Assembly: GCA_965261085.1 (NCBI GenBank)
Contig: OZ253442.1
Coordinates: forward strand, 2,016,001 to 2,080,000
Length of the DNA stretch: 64,000 nucleotides
Origin: a bacterium
GTDB taxonomy: Bacteria > UBA8248
Direction: 5' to 3'
Part shown: positions 26,891 through 36,593 of the stretch, piece after piece
How the letters are laid out: every line of letters begins with the position of its first letter
How positions within the stretch are numbered: position 1 is the stretch's first letter
Position numbers and translations under genes: made by a program
Notes under the pieces: generated by a model
The model's input: the letters and a program-made list of their open reading frames with translations, nothing else
Told to the model about the DNA's origin: nothing
Database searches by the model: none

Positions 26891-28837
26891 TCACACCGCC
26901 TCCCTGATGGCGTCCAGGTGCGCGGGGTTTTCGAGCGAGTTCAGGTCCATGTGGTCCACAGGCTCGCCCAGATAGACTTTCTTGATGGCGTTGCGCACGA
27001 TTTTAGCCGATCGCGTCTTGGGCAGGGCTTTGACGAACCTGACCTCATCGGGCCTCAAGCTCTTGCCGAGATATTCGACCGCCTGATCTTTCAGCTCCTC
27101 GCGCAGGGCGTCGCTCGGCTGATAGGAGTCGTGCATGACGACGAAGCAAGTCAAGCCTTCTCCCTTCACCGGGTGCGGCGTTCCCACGACGGCGGCCTCG
27201 ATGACGCCGGGGTGCTTGATGAGTTCCGATTCGATTTCGTTGGGGCCCACGCGCTTGCCCGATACCTTGATGGTGTCGTCCGAGCGGCCGTAGAGATACC
27301 AGAGCCCCTTCTCGTCCACCTTGGCCCAGTCGCCGTGGTACCACACGCCCTCCCAGCGCGAGAAATAGGTCTCGAGGTAGCGTTCGGGCTCCTTCCAGAA
27401 ACCGTTGGTGAGCGAGGGAATGGGCTGTTTGAGCACGAGGTGGCCCACCTCGCCGCGAACCGGCTTGGCGTCTTCGCCGAACACGTCGGTGTCCGTGCCC
27501 ATGGAGGGGCCGCCCACCGTGCAAGGTGCGAGTTCCATGACGGGCAGGGGTTGTAAGAGGCAGGCGCCTATTTCCGTGCCGCCCGATATGTTCATGACGG
27601 GGCACCGCCCGCCGCCCACCTTGTTGAAATACCACATGTAGGATTCCGGGTCCCAGGGTTCGCCCGTGGAGCCGAGCACCCTGAGCGAAGAAAGATCGTG
27701 GTTTTCCACCCACTCATCGCCCGCGCTTATCAGCACGCGCACCGCCGTGGGCGAAAGGCCCAGGTGGGTGACCCCGTGTTTGGCGATGATTCGCCACAGC
27801 CTGTCGGGCGTGGGGTGGTTCGGCACGCTCTCGTACAGCAGGCACGAATGGCCGCTGAAGTGAGAGCCCACGAGTTCATAAGGCGCCATGACCCACCCGA
27901 AGTCCGTGACCCAGAAGACCGTGTCGCCGTCTCGCATGTCGAGGCAATACTTGAGTTCGCGACCCGGGCCGCTCATGAGGCCCGCGTGGGTGTAGACGGT
28001 GCCCTTGGGCTTGCCGGTGGTGCCCGAGGTGTACATGATCATCGAGACGGCGTCGGAGGGAAGGCGCGCCGTTTCGGCTTCGGTTGATTTTCCCGCAACA
28101 AACTCGTCCCAGGTGACGTCGCGTCCTTCCTTCATGGGAACGGCGTCGCCCGAGCGCTCGAGGACGACCACTTTTTCGACCTTCGTGCCGCGCTCGAGCG
28201 CTGCATCCACCGTGCCCTTCAGGGGAACCTTCTTGCCCCGGCGGACGGCGCCGTCCACCGTGAAGAGAATGCGCGCTTCTGCGTGTATGAGGCGTTCGGC
28301 CAGACCCTCGGGGCCGAAGCCCGAAAACACGGGCAGCACGGCCACCCCCGTCTTGAAGCACGCATACATGACGATGGCGGCTTCAGGCACCATGGGGAGG
28401 AACACGCCCGCCACGTCGCCGGGTTTGAGGCCCATCTCGCGCATGGCGTTCGCAAGACGTGAGACCTCCGCTGAGAGTTCGGCGTAGGTGAACGTGCGCG
28501 CTTCGCCCCCGTCGCTCTCCCAGACGAGCGCGGTCTGATCCTTGCGGCCGCCCTCCACGTGGCGGTCGATGCAGTTCAAGACGATGTTCGTCTCCCCGCC
28601 GATGAACCACTTCGCCCACGGGAAGCCGCCGCTCAGGTCGAGAAGCTCATCATAAGGCCTGTACCATTCAAGCCCCATGTCTTCGAGCACGATCTCCCAG
28701 AAGCGCCGGATGTCCTCGACCGACCACCTGAGAAACTCGCGGTAATCCGAGATGCCGAGCTTTTTCATCAGCTTGGCGACGTGGCTGTTCGTCAGAAAAT
28801 CCTCATCCGGCCGCCAAATGATGTCCGAGGCGTTCAC
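26891..28837 (-). CDS. acetate/acyl-CoA synthetase (AMP-forming), paralogue
   Basis: Same motifs as 24038-25984; GTG start at 28837 after GGAGG. Confidence 0.9.
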   Translation of the reverse strand: MNASDIIWRPDEDFLTNSHVAKLMKKLGISDYREFLRWSVEDIRRFWEIVLEDMGLEWYRPYDELLDLSGGFPWAKWFIGGETNIVLNCIDRHVEGGRKDQTALVWESDGGEARTFTYAELSAEVSRLANAMREMGLKPGDVAGVFLPMVPEAAIVMYACFKTGVAVLPVFSGFGPEGLAERLIHAEARILFTVDGAVRRGKKVPLKGTVDAALERGTKVEKVVVLERSGDAVPMKEGRDVTWDEFVAGKSTEAETARLPSDAVSMIMYTSGTTGKPKGTVYTHAGLMSGPGRELKYCLDMRDGDTVFWVTDFGWVMAPYELVGSHFSGHSCLLYESVPNHPTPDRLWRIIAKHGVTHLGLSPTAVRVLISAGDEWVENHDLSSLRVLGSTGEPWDPESYMWYFNKVGGGRCPVMNISGGTEIGACLLQPLPVMELAPCTVGGPSMGTDTDVFGEDAKPVRGEVGHLVLKQPIPSLTNGFWKEPERYLETYFSRWEGVWYHGDWAKVDEKGLWYLYGRSDDTIKVSGKRVGPNEIESELIKHPGVIEAAVVGTPHPVKGEGLTCFVVMHDSYQPSDALREELKDQAVEYLGKSLRPDEVRFVKALPKTRSAKIVRNAIKKVYLGEPVDHMDLNSLENPAHLDAIREAV

Positions 28838-28853
28838 TTGAATGTACCCTCCG

Positions 28854-29669
28854 CTATTTTCTGGCGTTATCGTTCGTCCACACCTTGAAACCATGCGCGA
28901 CGTACTCATCGACCACGCCCCACTTGCCGGCCTCGACCTTCGCCGGTGGGTCGTGTTCACCCGCGGCCACTTCTTCCGCGAACTGCGCCATTCGCCCGAT
29001 GATGGCGATATCCTCGCACGGGTCGGTATGGCCCGAGCAGACGAATTTCGCGTCGTTTTCTTCCGCGATTTTATCGAGCCTCCGCATCGAAGGCCCGTAT
29101 TCGGACAAGACGGCCGTGGGAACCTGAATGAACAGCGGCTGGCCGGGTTTTACGAGGTCACCCGAGATCAAGACGCGCTCTTTCTCGTCATACAAGGAGA
29201 TGCTGCAGGGCGAGTGGCCCGGCGTGTCGTAGACCTGAATTTTTCTGCCCCCAAGGTCGATTGTATCGCCTTCGGACACCGCCCAGCCGAACTTTCCGGG
29301 CGGTATGGTGAAGGTGTCGGGGTCGAACCCTTCGGGAAAAGGTTTACCGTCCCAGGTTTTTACGAAATCCCGGCAACCCGCGGTGTAGTCGTTCGCGAGC
29401 TTGTCCTTGCCGTTGGGGTGAACGCCCACCGCCTCCCATTCATGTGCCGCGCCCACGTGATCCCAGTGCGTGTGGGTGAGCACGTGCTCCACAGGCAGAT
29501 CGGTAATGGACTCGCATAGCCTGCGCACGCCGCCCACGCCGATTCCGCCGTCGAGCGAGAGGGCCTTTTCCTCTCCGACGAGCAGGAACATGTTCCACCG
29601 CCCGGCTTCTGATATCTGATAGGTGTCCGGCGCGAACTCGATGACCTCATACCAGCCTTGCGTATCCAT
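28854..29669 (-). CDS. MBL-fold metallo-hydrolase
   Basis: THTHWDH, TPGHSP, SGD, SGH; start MDTQGWY. Confidence 0.9.
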   Translation of the reverse strand: MDTQGWYEVIEFAPDTYQISEAGRWNMFLLVGEEKALSLDGGIGVGGVRRLCESITDLPVEHVLTHTHWDHVGAAHEWEAVGVHPNGKDKLANDYTAGCRDFVKTWDGKPFPEGFDPDTFTIPPGKFGWAVSEGDTIDLGGRKIQVYDTPGHSPCSISLYDEKERVLISGDLVKPGQPLFIQVPTAVLSEYGPSMRRLDKIAEENDAKFVCSGHTDPCEDIAIIGRMAQFAEEVAAGEHDPPAKVEAGKWGVVDEYVAHGFKVWTNDNARK

Positions 29670-29688
29670 GGCGTCTCGTCTATTCGGG

Positions 29689-30510
29689 TTACTTTCTCGC
29701 GTGATCCTGAATCCACACCTTGGCGCGGGGGAACACGTATTCATCCACCTCGCCCCACGCGCCGCCGTCCACCTTGGCGGGCGGGTCGTACTTGCCCGCT
29801 TCGAGATCCTCCATGTTCTGCGCCAACTCGCCGATGATGGAGGAGTCCGGGTAGGGGTCGGTGTGGCCCGAGGTGATCCAGCGCACCTCGTTCTCCGCGG
29901 CGACTTTCTCGAGTTTGCGCAGTGAGGGAGCGTAGTCGGAGAGCACCGCCGTGGGCACCTGGAGGAAGAGGTATTCCTCACAGCGAATCAGGTCGCCCGA
30001 GACGAGAATTTTCTCGCGCTCATCGTAGAGCGAGATGCTGCAAGGCGAGTGTCCGGGCGTCTCATACACGTGGAACTTCCTGTTGCCCAGGTCGAAGGTA
30101 TCGCCCTCTTCGAGCGTCCAGCCGAACGTGGCGGGCTTGATGGTGTAGGCCGCCTCGTCGAACCACTCGGGGAAGGTGTTTCCGTTGTTCTTCCACATGT
30201 TCAAAAAACCCTGCTCCAGTTTCGATAAATCGTTGGCGAGCAGGGTTTCGCCGACCGGGTGAACGCCCACCTTCTCCCATTGCGAGGCCGCCCCCACGTG
30301 GTCCCAGTGCGTGTGGGTGAGGATGAAGTCGATGGGCTTGTCCGTGATGCTCTCGTAGAGTTTCCTTAAGTTTCCGATGCCGATGCCGCCGTCGATGGCG
30401 ACCGCCTTGTCGTCTCCCACCAGGAGGAGCATGTTGAACCTGCCGCCCTCGGTGATTTGGTAGCTGCCCGGTGCGAATTCATTGACGGAATACCAGTCCT
30501 GGGTTTCCAT
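29689..30510 (-). CDS. MBL-fold metallo-hydrolase, paralogue
   Basis: THTHWDH, TPGHSP, SGD, SGH; collinear with the adjacent copy. Confidence 0.9.
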   Translation of the reverse strand: METQDWYSVNEFAPGSYQITEGGRFNMLLLVGDDKAVAIDGGIGIGNLRKLYESITDKPIDFILTHTHWDHVGAASQWEKVGVHPVGETLLANDLSKLEQGFLNMWKNNGNTFPEWFDEAAYTIKPATFGWTLEEGDTFDLGNRKFHVYETPGHSPCSISLYDEREKILVSGDLIRCEEYLFLQVPTAVLSDYAPSLRKLEKVAAENEVRWITSGHTDPYPDSSIIGELAQNMEDLEAGKYDPPAKVDGGAWGEVDEYVFPRAKVWIQDHARK

Positions 30511-30714
30511 GGAAGCGCCTTTCTGCTTGAGGGATAAGAATTCGTTCGCCTTTCGATGGGGGCGTCCTCGCCCCTGCCATCGGTACGAATAGATGGTCTT
30601 AATCTAGCCCCATTGCCCCGCGCGAATCAAGCGAGGGCGCGGTTGGCTTAATTTAGAAATGTTGATGGTGGCATACGCCTATGCTAAAGTGTTAATGAGT
30701 GATGGATAGATGAA

Positions 30715-31038
30715 ATGCCTCGTTTTCTAGTCACAAGGAGTGAGAACATGGAGTTGCAATTTTTAGACGAACGTCCTATCAGTGTGCAGAACACAGCCAG
30801 AGTGTATCAATTTGAAGATTGCAAAGTATATCGGATAGATGGTTTTGATTATATAGAAACTAAAGATACAGTATCGTGTGCGAAGCGTCATTTTCCCCCA
30901 CTTGGATACGACCCCTGCCCTAAATGCAATCCACTAAATGATGTACATGAGGACGGAAGGTCATTAGACCCAGTCTGCCGTGTTTGTTCTCATTGCGGTG
31001 GTAGTGCAATCGTACGAAGCAACAAACCGCTGTTTTAG
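30715..31038 (+). CDS. hypothetical low-GC Cys-rich protein
   Basis: CPKC and CRVCSHC; AT-rich; preceded by TTGATG-17-TAAAGT at 30662-30690. Confidence 0.5.
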   Translation: MPRFLVTRSENMELQFLDERPISVQNTARVYQFEDCKVYRIDGFDYIETKDTVSCAKRHFPPLGYDPCPKCNPLNDVHEDGRSLDPVCRVCSHCGGSAIVRSNKPLF

Positions 31039-31095
31039 CTTGTCCTAATATACTTTTCTGCCCCTAAGCTTCTCCCCTGAATAGCATTCCCGACC

Positions 31096-32007
31096 TCAGC
31101 CCTTGAATACGGGCGTCGGCTGGCTGAAAAACCGCTCGATGAGATAATAGACCAAACGATGGTTTTTCTCCTGGAGGCTGGCGTGGGCGATGCCGGGCAT
31201 CATGACGAACTGCTTGTCCGGGTTCGGCAGCAACTTGAAGAATTCCAGCAGATCATCGAGATGGGCGATTCCGTCGAACTGCCCGCGCGTAATCATCACC
31301 GAAGCGGTGATTTTTTTGGGGTTCACCAGGGGCAGGCGCTCGCACATGTCGATATACGTGCCGTTGGGGATGGTGTCGTCGAGCGCGCAGATCGCTTTTG
31401 CGTATTCATCTATGACGTCGCGGTACGCCGTGCCGGGATGATCGCGCGTGAAGATGCTCTTGATGAAAGCCGGATCGACGGGTCTTCTCGACGTGGAAGC
31501 CACGCCTTCGAATCGCTTGCTTCTCTCCTTGAGCGTGGGGCTTCCTTCGCCCGTCCACACGAAGGCGTCGAGAATCAGCCGCTTCACCCGCCTTGGGTTT
31601 TTCTGCGCGAACAAAGCGGCTCGCAGCGCGCCGGATGAAATGCCGTAGAGGTGAAGCGCGCTCGCCTTGCCGACTCGCCGTATCTCGTTCGCCGCCGCCA
31701 GGAGGTCCCTTGCGCCGCGCTCGACGCCGCAGGAGACACGCCTGGTTTTGGTGGATCTGCCGTAACCCTCGCAATCCACGCACCAGACGTCGTAGCCGCG
31801 CTCGGCGAGATAGTCCATCAAGGAGTATTCGGGCCGGCTTTTCACCTGGAGATCGAATGTGGGCGTGGAGGCCATGGATGAGCCGTGCGCGAGGAGCACG
31901 GCGCCTTGCGGCTTTGCCGGCCCCGCTTTTCGCTTTCTCCACAAGAACAAATCGGCCCCGTCGTGATGCGCCCAATGTTCGGTGCCCGTGATTTTTGTTT
32001 TCGGCAT
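31096..32007 (-). CDS. alpha/beta hydrolase
   Basis: LLAHGSS, DCEGYGRS, nucleophile elbow YGISSGA, GQFDG, GIAH. Confidence 0.88.
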   Translation of the reverse strand: MPKTKITGTEHWAHHDGADLFLWRKRKAGPAKPQGAVLLAHGSSMASTPTFDLQVKSRPEYSLMDYLAERGYDVWCVDCEGYGRSTKTRRVSCGVERGARDLLAAANEIRRVGKASALHLYGISSGALRAALFAQKNPRRVKRLILDAFVWTGEGSPTLKERSKRFEGVASTSRRPVDPAFIKSIFTRDHPGTAYRDVIDEYAKAICALDDTIPNGTYIDMCERLPLVNPKKITASVMITRGQFDGIAHLDDLLEFFKLLPNPDKQFVMMPGIAHASLQEKNHRLVYYLIERFFSQPTPVFKG

Positions 32008-32122
32008 GGGTATCCTTCTCTCAAGAATGAAAATCGTTTGTGCAAACCGCGCTTCCTGTGGGATTCTCGAATCAGCGTAATATGAGAGCGGAAAAATGAA
32101 AAATCACAAAAAGGGGTTTTAA

Positions 32123-32533
32123 GTGGAATTCCGATACGATCACGTACACTTCCTGACGCGCGACGTGCGCGCGATGGCGGATTTTTTCGAAAACATATTC
32201 GAACTCGATCTCATCTCCTACGAGGAGGATTTCAAGGGCGCGCCCTACGCCATCTACAAACTCGGGGAGGGGGACCTGCGCATCCGGGGCTACCGCCCGG
32301 GCGACGACCCGGACGCCGTAGCGCCTGCGCTGACGCACGGCCTGGATCACCTGGGCGTCGCGGTGGACGACGTGGCGGCGAGCGTCGCCCGTTTGGAAGA
32401 GCGCGGGGCGGAGGTTTCGATGCCGCCCGTGGCCGCGGGAGTGGGCGGCCGCATGATCGCCTTCATCAAGGGGCCCGAGAACATTCGCGTCGAAATTTGC
32501 GAGCGGCCCAGCACTTCCGGGGAGAGCGATTGA
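32123..32533 (+). CDS. VOC/glyoxalase family protein
   Basis: YDHVHF, GLDHLGVAVDD, FIKGPENIRVE. Confidence 0.88.
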   Translation: MEFRYDHVHFLTRDVRAMADFFENIFELDLISYEEDFKGAPYAIYKLGEGDLRIRGYRPGDDPDAVAPALTHGLDHLGVAVDDVAASVARLEERGAEVSMPPVAAGVGGRMIAFIKGPENIRVEICERPSTSGESD

Positions 32534-33450
32534 CCAGCCGCCCGGCCTCCCCGAAATCATCCGCCGATGGGGGAATGACGCTCGAACTGGTGTTGGGCTC
32601 GTTGCTCCTCACGATGGTGTGGGGCATGGCGCAGCCCGTCATCAAGGGCGCCTACGCGGGCGTCACCCCCTACGCCATGATATGGATGCGCTGCTGCACG
32701 GGGGTCTTGACTCTCACGCTTTACAGGCTGCTGATGCGCATCCCAGATAGCGTGACCCACCACGACCCCTGGAAGGAGAAGGGCCACCGCATCCTGAACG
32801 CCCTCATGCACAACGTCTATGTCTGGTTCCTCTATCAGGGGATGTTCGGAACCGCCGCCGCGCGCGCCTCGGTGCTGCTCTACTCGCAACCCGTCTGGGT
32901 GATGCTCCTGAGCGCCGCCTTTCTCACCGGTGAGCGCATCACCCTGGTGCGGGCGCTGGGCTTCGCCACGGCGATGGCGGGCACCGTGACGGTGTTCTCG
33001 AACAGCATGGGAGCGGGAAGCTCCCTCCGGGCGGAATTTTACATCCTGATCGCCGCCGCCGGATGGGCGACGCAGACGATCCACTACCGCCGGTATCTCG
33101 GAAATTCAGACGTTACCTCGATCGCCAGATGGGCCATGCTCATCGGAGCGCCGACCTATTTCCTCCTGTCTTTCTCTCAGCCCAATTTCGGCATCACCCA
33201 TATTGGCGGCCCGCAGATTTTCGCGGTGTTCTACATGGGCGTCATAGCGAGCGCGCTTCTTCTGGCCTACTGGGGCCATCTGCTGCTCCGCTACTCACCC
33301 GCCAAGATATCGGTGTTCTTCTTCATGACGCCCATCGTCGGCGTGGTGGGCAGCGGCCTCTACCTGGGCGAGCAGTTGGGATGGCATCTGCTAATCGGCG
33401 CCGCCCTGACGGCGGCGGGCGTGTGGCTCGTGACGGGGGAGAGGAGATAG
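32530..33450 (+). CDS. DMT/EamA family transporter
   Basis: VWGMAQPVIK, LYSQPVW, MTPIVGV...LGE; start uncertain (TTG 32530 or a downstream ATG). Confidence 0.85.
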   Translation: MTSRPASPKSSADGGMTLELVLGSLLLTMVWGMAQPVIKGAYAGVTPYAMIWMRCCTGVLTLTLYRLLMRIPDSVTHHDPWKEKGHRILNALMHNVYVWFLYQGMFGTAAARASVLLYSQPVWVMLLSAAFLTGERITLVRALGFATAMAGTVTVFSNSMGAGSSLRAEFYILIAAAGWATQTIHYRRYLGNSDVTSIARWAMLIGAPTYFLLSFSQPNFGITHIGGPQIFAVFYMGVIASALLLAYWGHLLLRYSPAKISVFFFMTPIVGVVGSGLYLGEQLGWHLLIGAALTAAGVWLVTGERR

Positions 33451-33460
33451 TTTTGGCGCT

Positions 33461-34609
33461 TCAAGAAATCGCGGGCACGCAGACCATTCCTTCCATGAGC
33501 CTTCGCGCCGTGCGGTAGACGATCACTTTTTCGGCTTTTGGTCCTTCGGGTGTTTTCGAGACCACCGCGTTTATCGTCTGCACGCCCGAGGGGTGTCCCA
33601 GGCGGATGTCGCCCTCGCTGCTCCGGGCGGACTCGTGCACCACTGTGCCGGGGATTCGCGCGGCGACGGCGAGGCACATCGCGCCCGTGAGCGCGAAGGC
33701 GCGGTGGGTCTTGCCCATCGAGATGATGCGGGCCGCGACCTCGCAATCATCCGCGGCGATAATCTCGCCTTTCAGGTCCATGTATTCCAGAGGAGGCGCG
33801 ACGAACACCACCTTCGGCACCGCCTGCACGCTCTCGGAAGCCTCTCTTCTGTCGCGCGCGAGCCCCATTCGCACCGCCGCCTCCGCGCGGATTTGCTCTA
33901 GATTCACCATCACCTCGACCCGGCTGTCGATGAGGCCGGGGCCCTCTCCGCCGCTGAGTCCTATGTCGGCAGCGCGCACGAAGACCATCGGGTTGGTGGC
34001 GTCCACCATGCTCACCTCGACGCTTCCCACCCCCTCGATCTCGAAGGTGTCCACCGCGTTGCCCGAGGGCAGGATCGATCCTGTGGCCGCGCCTCCGGGG
34101 TCCATGAATTCGAGGGTGATTTGCGCGCCCGTCCCCGAGACGCCGGGCAGCTCAAACGAGCCGCTCACGCCGGCTGCGCCGTCTTCCACCGGAAAACGCG
34201 CGTGGTAGGTTTTTCCTGTGTTCGTGTTGTAGACGCGCACGACAGCAACCCCGCCCCCATCCACCCGCACCAGACCCTCATCCACGGCGAACGGCCCGAC
34301 CGCGCTCGATATGTTTCCGCACGTGCCGACGTAGTCCACGGTTTCATCGGCAACGCCCACCTGCGCGAAGGTGAAATCCACGTCCGCGTCCGCGCGCGCA
34401 GAAGGCGCTACGACCGCGATTTTGCTTAAAGAGGATATCCCGCCCCCCAGGCCGTCGAGCTGGCGCCCGTTCGGGTCGGGACTGCCGAGGGCTTTCAGAA
34501 ATATGGAGTCCCTTTCGGAGCGTTCTTTCGGTAAATCTTTCTCGTGAAAGACGATGGCGCGGCTCGTGCCCCCGCGCATGAAGACGGCCGGATATTTCAT
34601 CTGCCTCAT
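33461..34609 (-). CDS. prpF: PrpF family isomerase
   Basis: FMRGGTSR, GSPDPNGRQLDGLGGGISSLSK, CGNISSAVG, HPSG, RTARRLMEG. Confidence 0.92.
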   Translation of the reverse strand: MRQMKYPAVFMRGGTSRAIVFHEKDLPKERSERDSIFLKALGSPDPNGRQLDGLGGGISSLSKIAVVAPSARADADVDFTFAQVGVADETVDYVGTCGNISSAVGPFAVDEGLVRVDGGGVAVVRVYNTNTGKTYHARFPVEDGAAGVSGSFELPGVSGTGAQITLEFMDPGGAATGSILPSGNAVDTFEIEGVGSVEVSMVDATNPMVFVRAADIGLSGGEGPGLIDSRVEVMVNLEQIRAEAAVRMGLARDRREASESVQAVPKVVFVAPPLEYMDLKGEIIAADDCEVAARIISMGKTHRAFALTGAMCLAVAARIPGTVVHESARSSEGDIRLGHPSGVQTINAVVSKTPEGPKAEKVIVYRTARRLMEGMVCVPAIS

Positions 34610-34610
34610 G

Positions 34611-36593
34611 TCAGGAGTCGTCCTGCGTTTCGCCGGGAGGTGTCGCGCCGGAGCCTGCGCCTTCGATGCGGGCCAGGGCGAGCGCCCCGCCCGCATCGAG
34701 CATGCGCCTCTCTCGCTCGGTCAACACGCATGCCGCGCCGAAGCTGTAGCCCGTCGCCTGGTTTTCGACCTGAAAAACTCCCGTGGTGAGGGAATCCTGG
34801 ATATTGGAGATGGATAGGCTCTGTTCCTGGTCCACCTTCTCGTAGTCGTCCTCGTCGACGAACGTGAGGGGCAGAATGCCCCAGTTGATGAGGTTCGCGC
34901 GGTGGATTCTCGCAAAGCTCTTGGCGAAGACGGCGCGGACGCCCAGTATCATCGGGCAGATGGCCGCCTGCTCGCGGGCGGAGCCCTGGCCGTATGTCTT
35001 CGCCCCGACGATGATGCCGCCGCCCGCTTCTCTCGCGCGGGAGGCGAAGGTCTCGTCCACGCGCCTGAAGGTGAAATCGGCCAGCGCGGGCATGTTCGTG
35101 CGGTAGGTGATGGCCTCGACCCCCGCCGGGCTGATGTGGTCGGTCGAGACGTTATCTCCCAGCTTGATGAGAACCTCCCCGGTGTAGGAATCCCCGGGCG
35201 CCTCTCCCACCTGTACGGGCTGGATGTTCGGCCCCCGGATGATTTCCACCTCCGCCGGATCCTCCGCAGGCGCCACGATTCCCGTTCTGTCGCACATGAA
35301 GCGGTAGGGCAGCAGGACGTCGGGCGGTTTCCCCTCGATTCTCGGATCTCTTATCTCGCCGTGTAAGGCGGCCACGGCGGCCAGTTCGGGACTCGCCAGA
35401 TATACGGTGTCCTCGTTCAGCCCCGAGCGGCCCTTGAAGTTGCGGTTGAACGCGCGCAGGGAGTTCATCCCCGGAGCCGGTATGTGGGCGTAGCCGGGGC
35501 ATGAGCCGCACGTGGATTCCGAAATGCAGACGCCCGCGGCCAGCAGGTCGGCCAGATGGCCCGCTCTCGCGAGTTCCTCAAAGGCTTGGCGGCTGCCCGG
35601 AAAGACGATGGCGTCGACGCCGTCGGCCACCTTGCGGCCCCTGAGCACCTGCGCGAAAGAAGCCACGTCGGTGAACGTGCCGTTCGTGCAGCTTCCGATG
35701 ATGACCTGGTGAATCGGCGTGCCGAGAACCTCGGATACGGGAACCACGTTCTCGGGGTTTGAGGGCAGGGCGACCAAGGGTTCGATCTCGCCCAGATCCA
35801 GTTCGATTTCTTCATCATAGACCGCGCCCGGGTCCGCCGCGTGTGGGTACCAGTCGCCGGGGCGGCTCATGCGCTCGTAGAACAATCTGGTCTGCGCGTC
35901 GCTGGGGAAGATGCTCCCCGTGAGGCCGAGTTCCGTGCCCATGCTCGCGATGGTGAAGCGCTCCGGCACCGAGAGGGTGCGGACGCCGGGACCGGTGTAT
36001 TCAAAAAACTTGCCGATTCCCCCGCGCGCGCCCAGACGGCGCAAGAGTTCGAGGACGGCGTCTTTCGCCGTGGCCCAGTTCTTTAGTTTCCCGGTGAGCT
36101 TCACCTCGACGATGAGCGGACGGGGGATGATGGTCGCACCCGTCGCCATGGCGGTGGCCACGTCCATGCCGCCCGCGCCGATGGCCAGCATTCCCACCGC
36201 GCCGCCTTGCGGGGTATGCGAGTCGGTGCCAAGTAGGCTTTTGCCCGGAACCGAGAATTCCTCCAGATGGACGTTGTGGCAGATGCCGTTTCCCGGTTTC
36301 GAGAAATGGATGCCGTGCTTGCGGCAGAATCCGAGCATGAAGCGGTGGGCGTCGGTGTGCAGGCTGTTGACCTGGATGGTCTGGTGGTCGCCGTACATGA
36401 CGGCTATCTTCTGCTTCACTCTTTCAAAGCCCATGGCCTCGAAGTGGAGCAGGGCGGTGGGGCCTGAAGCGTCCTGTAAGAGCACCTGGTCGATTCGTAT
36501 TTCGATTTCTTCGCCCGGCGTTCCCGACGCGCCCGAGACGAGGTGCGCGTCGATGAGCTTTTGCGTGAGGCTGCGCGAGCCCTGCTCAGCCAC
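34611..36593 (-). CDS. aconitate hydratase (short ~660-aa single-chain type)
   Basis: QDASG, GNGICH, DSHT, GSCTN, CGSCPG (three Fe-S Cys), FNRNF.GR, STDHI, YGQGSARE; GTG start at 36593. Confidence 0.9.
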   Translation of the reverse strand: MAEQGSRSLTQKLIDAHLVSGASGTPGEEIEIRIDQVLLQDASGPTALLHFEAMGFERVKQKIAVMYGDHQTIQVNSLHTDAHRFMLGFCRKHGIHFSKPGNGICHNVHLEEFSVPGKSLLGTDSHTPQGGAVGMLAIGAGGMDVATAMATGATIIPRPLIVEVKLTGKLKNWATAKDAVLELLRRLGARGGIGKFFEYTGPGVRTLSVPERFTIASMGTELGLTGSIFPSDAQTRLFYERMSRPGDWYPHAADPGAVYDEEIELDLGEIEPLVALPSNPENVVPVSEVLGTPIHQVIIGSCTNGTFTDVASFAQVLRGRKVADGVDAIVFPGSRQAFEELARAGHLADLLAAGVCISESTCGSCPGYAHIPAPGMNSLRAFNRNFKGRSGLNEDTVYLASPELAAVAALHGEIRDPRIEGKPPDVLLPYRFMCDRTGIVAPAEDPAEVEIIRGPNIQPVQVGEAPGDSYTGEVLIKLGDNVSTDHISPAGVEAITYRTNMPALADFTFRRVDETFASRAREAGGGIIVGAKTYGQGSAREQAAICPMILGVRAVFAKSFARIHRANLINWGILPLTFVDEDDYEKVDQEQSLSISNIQDSLTTGVFQVENQATGYSFGAACVLTERERRMLDAGGALALARIEGAGSGATPPGETQDDS

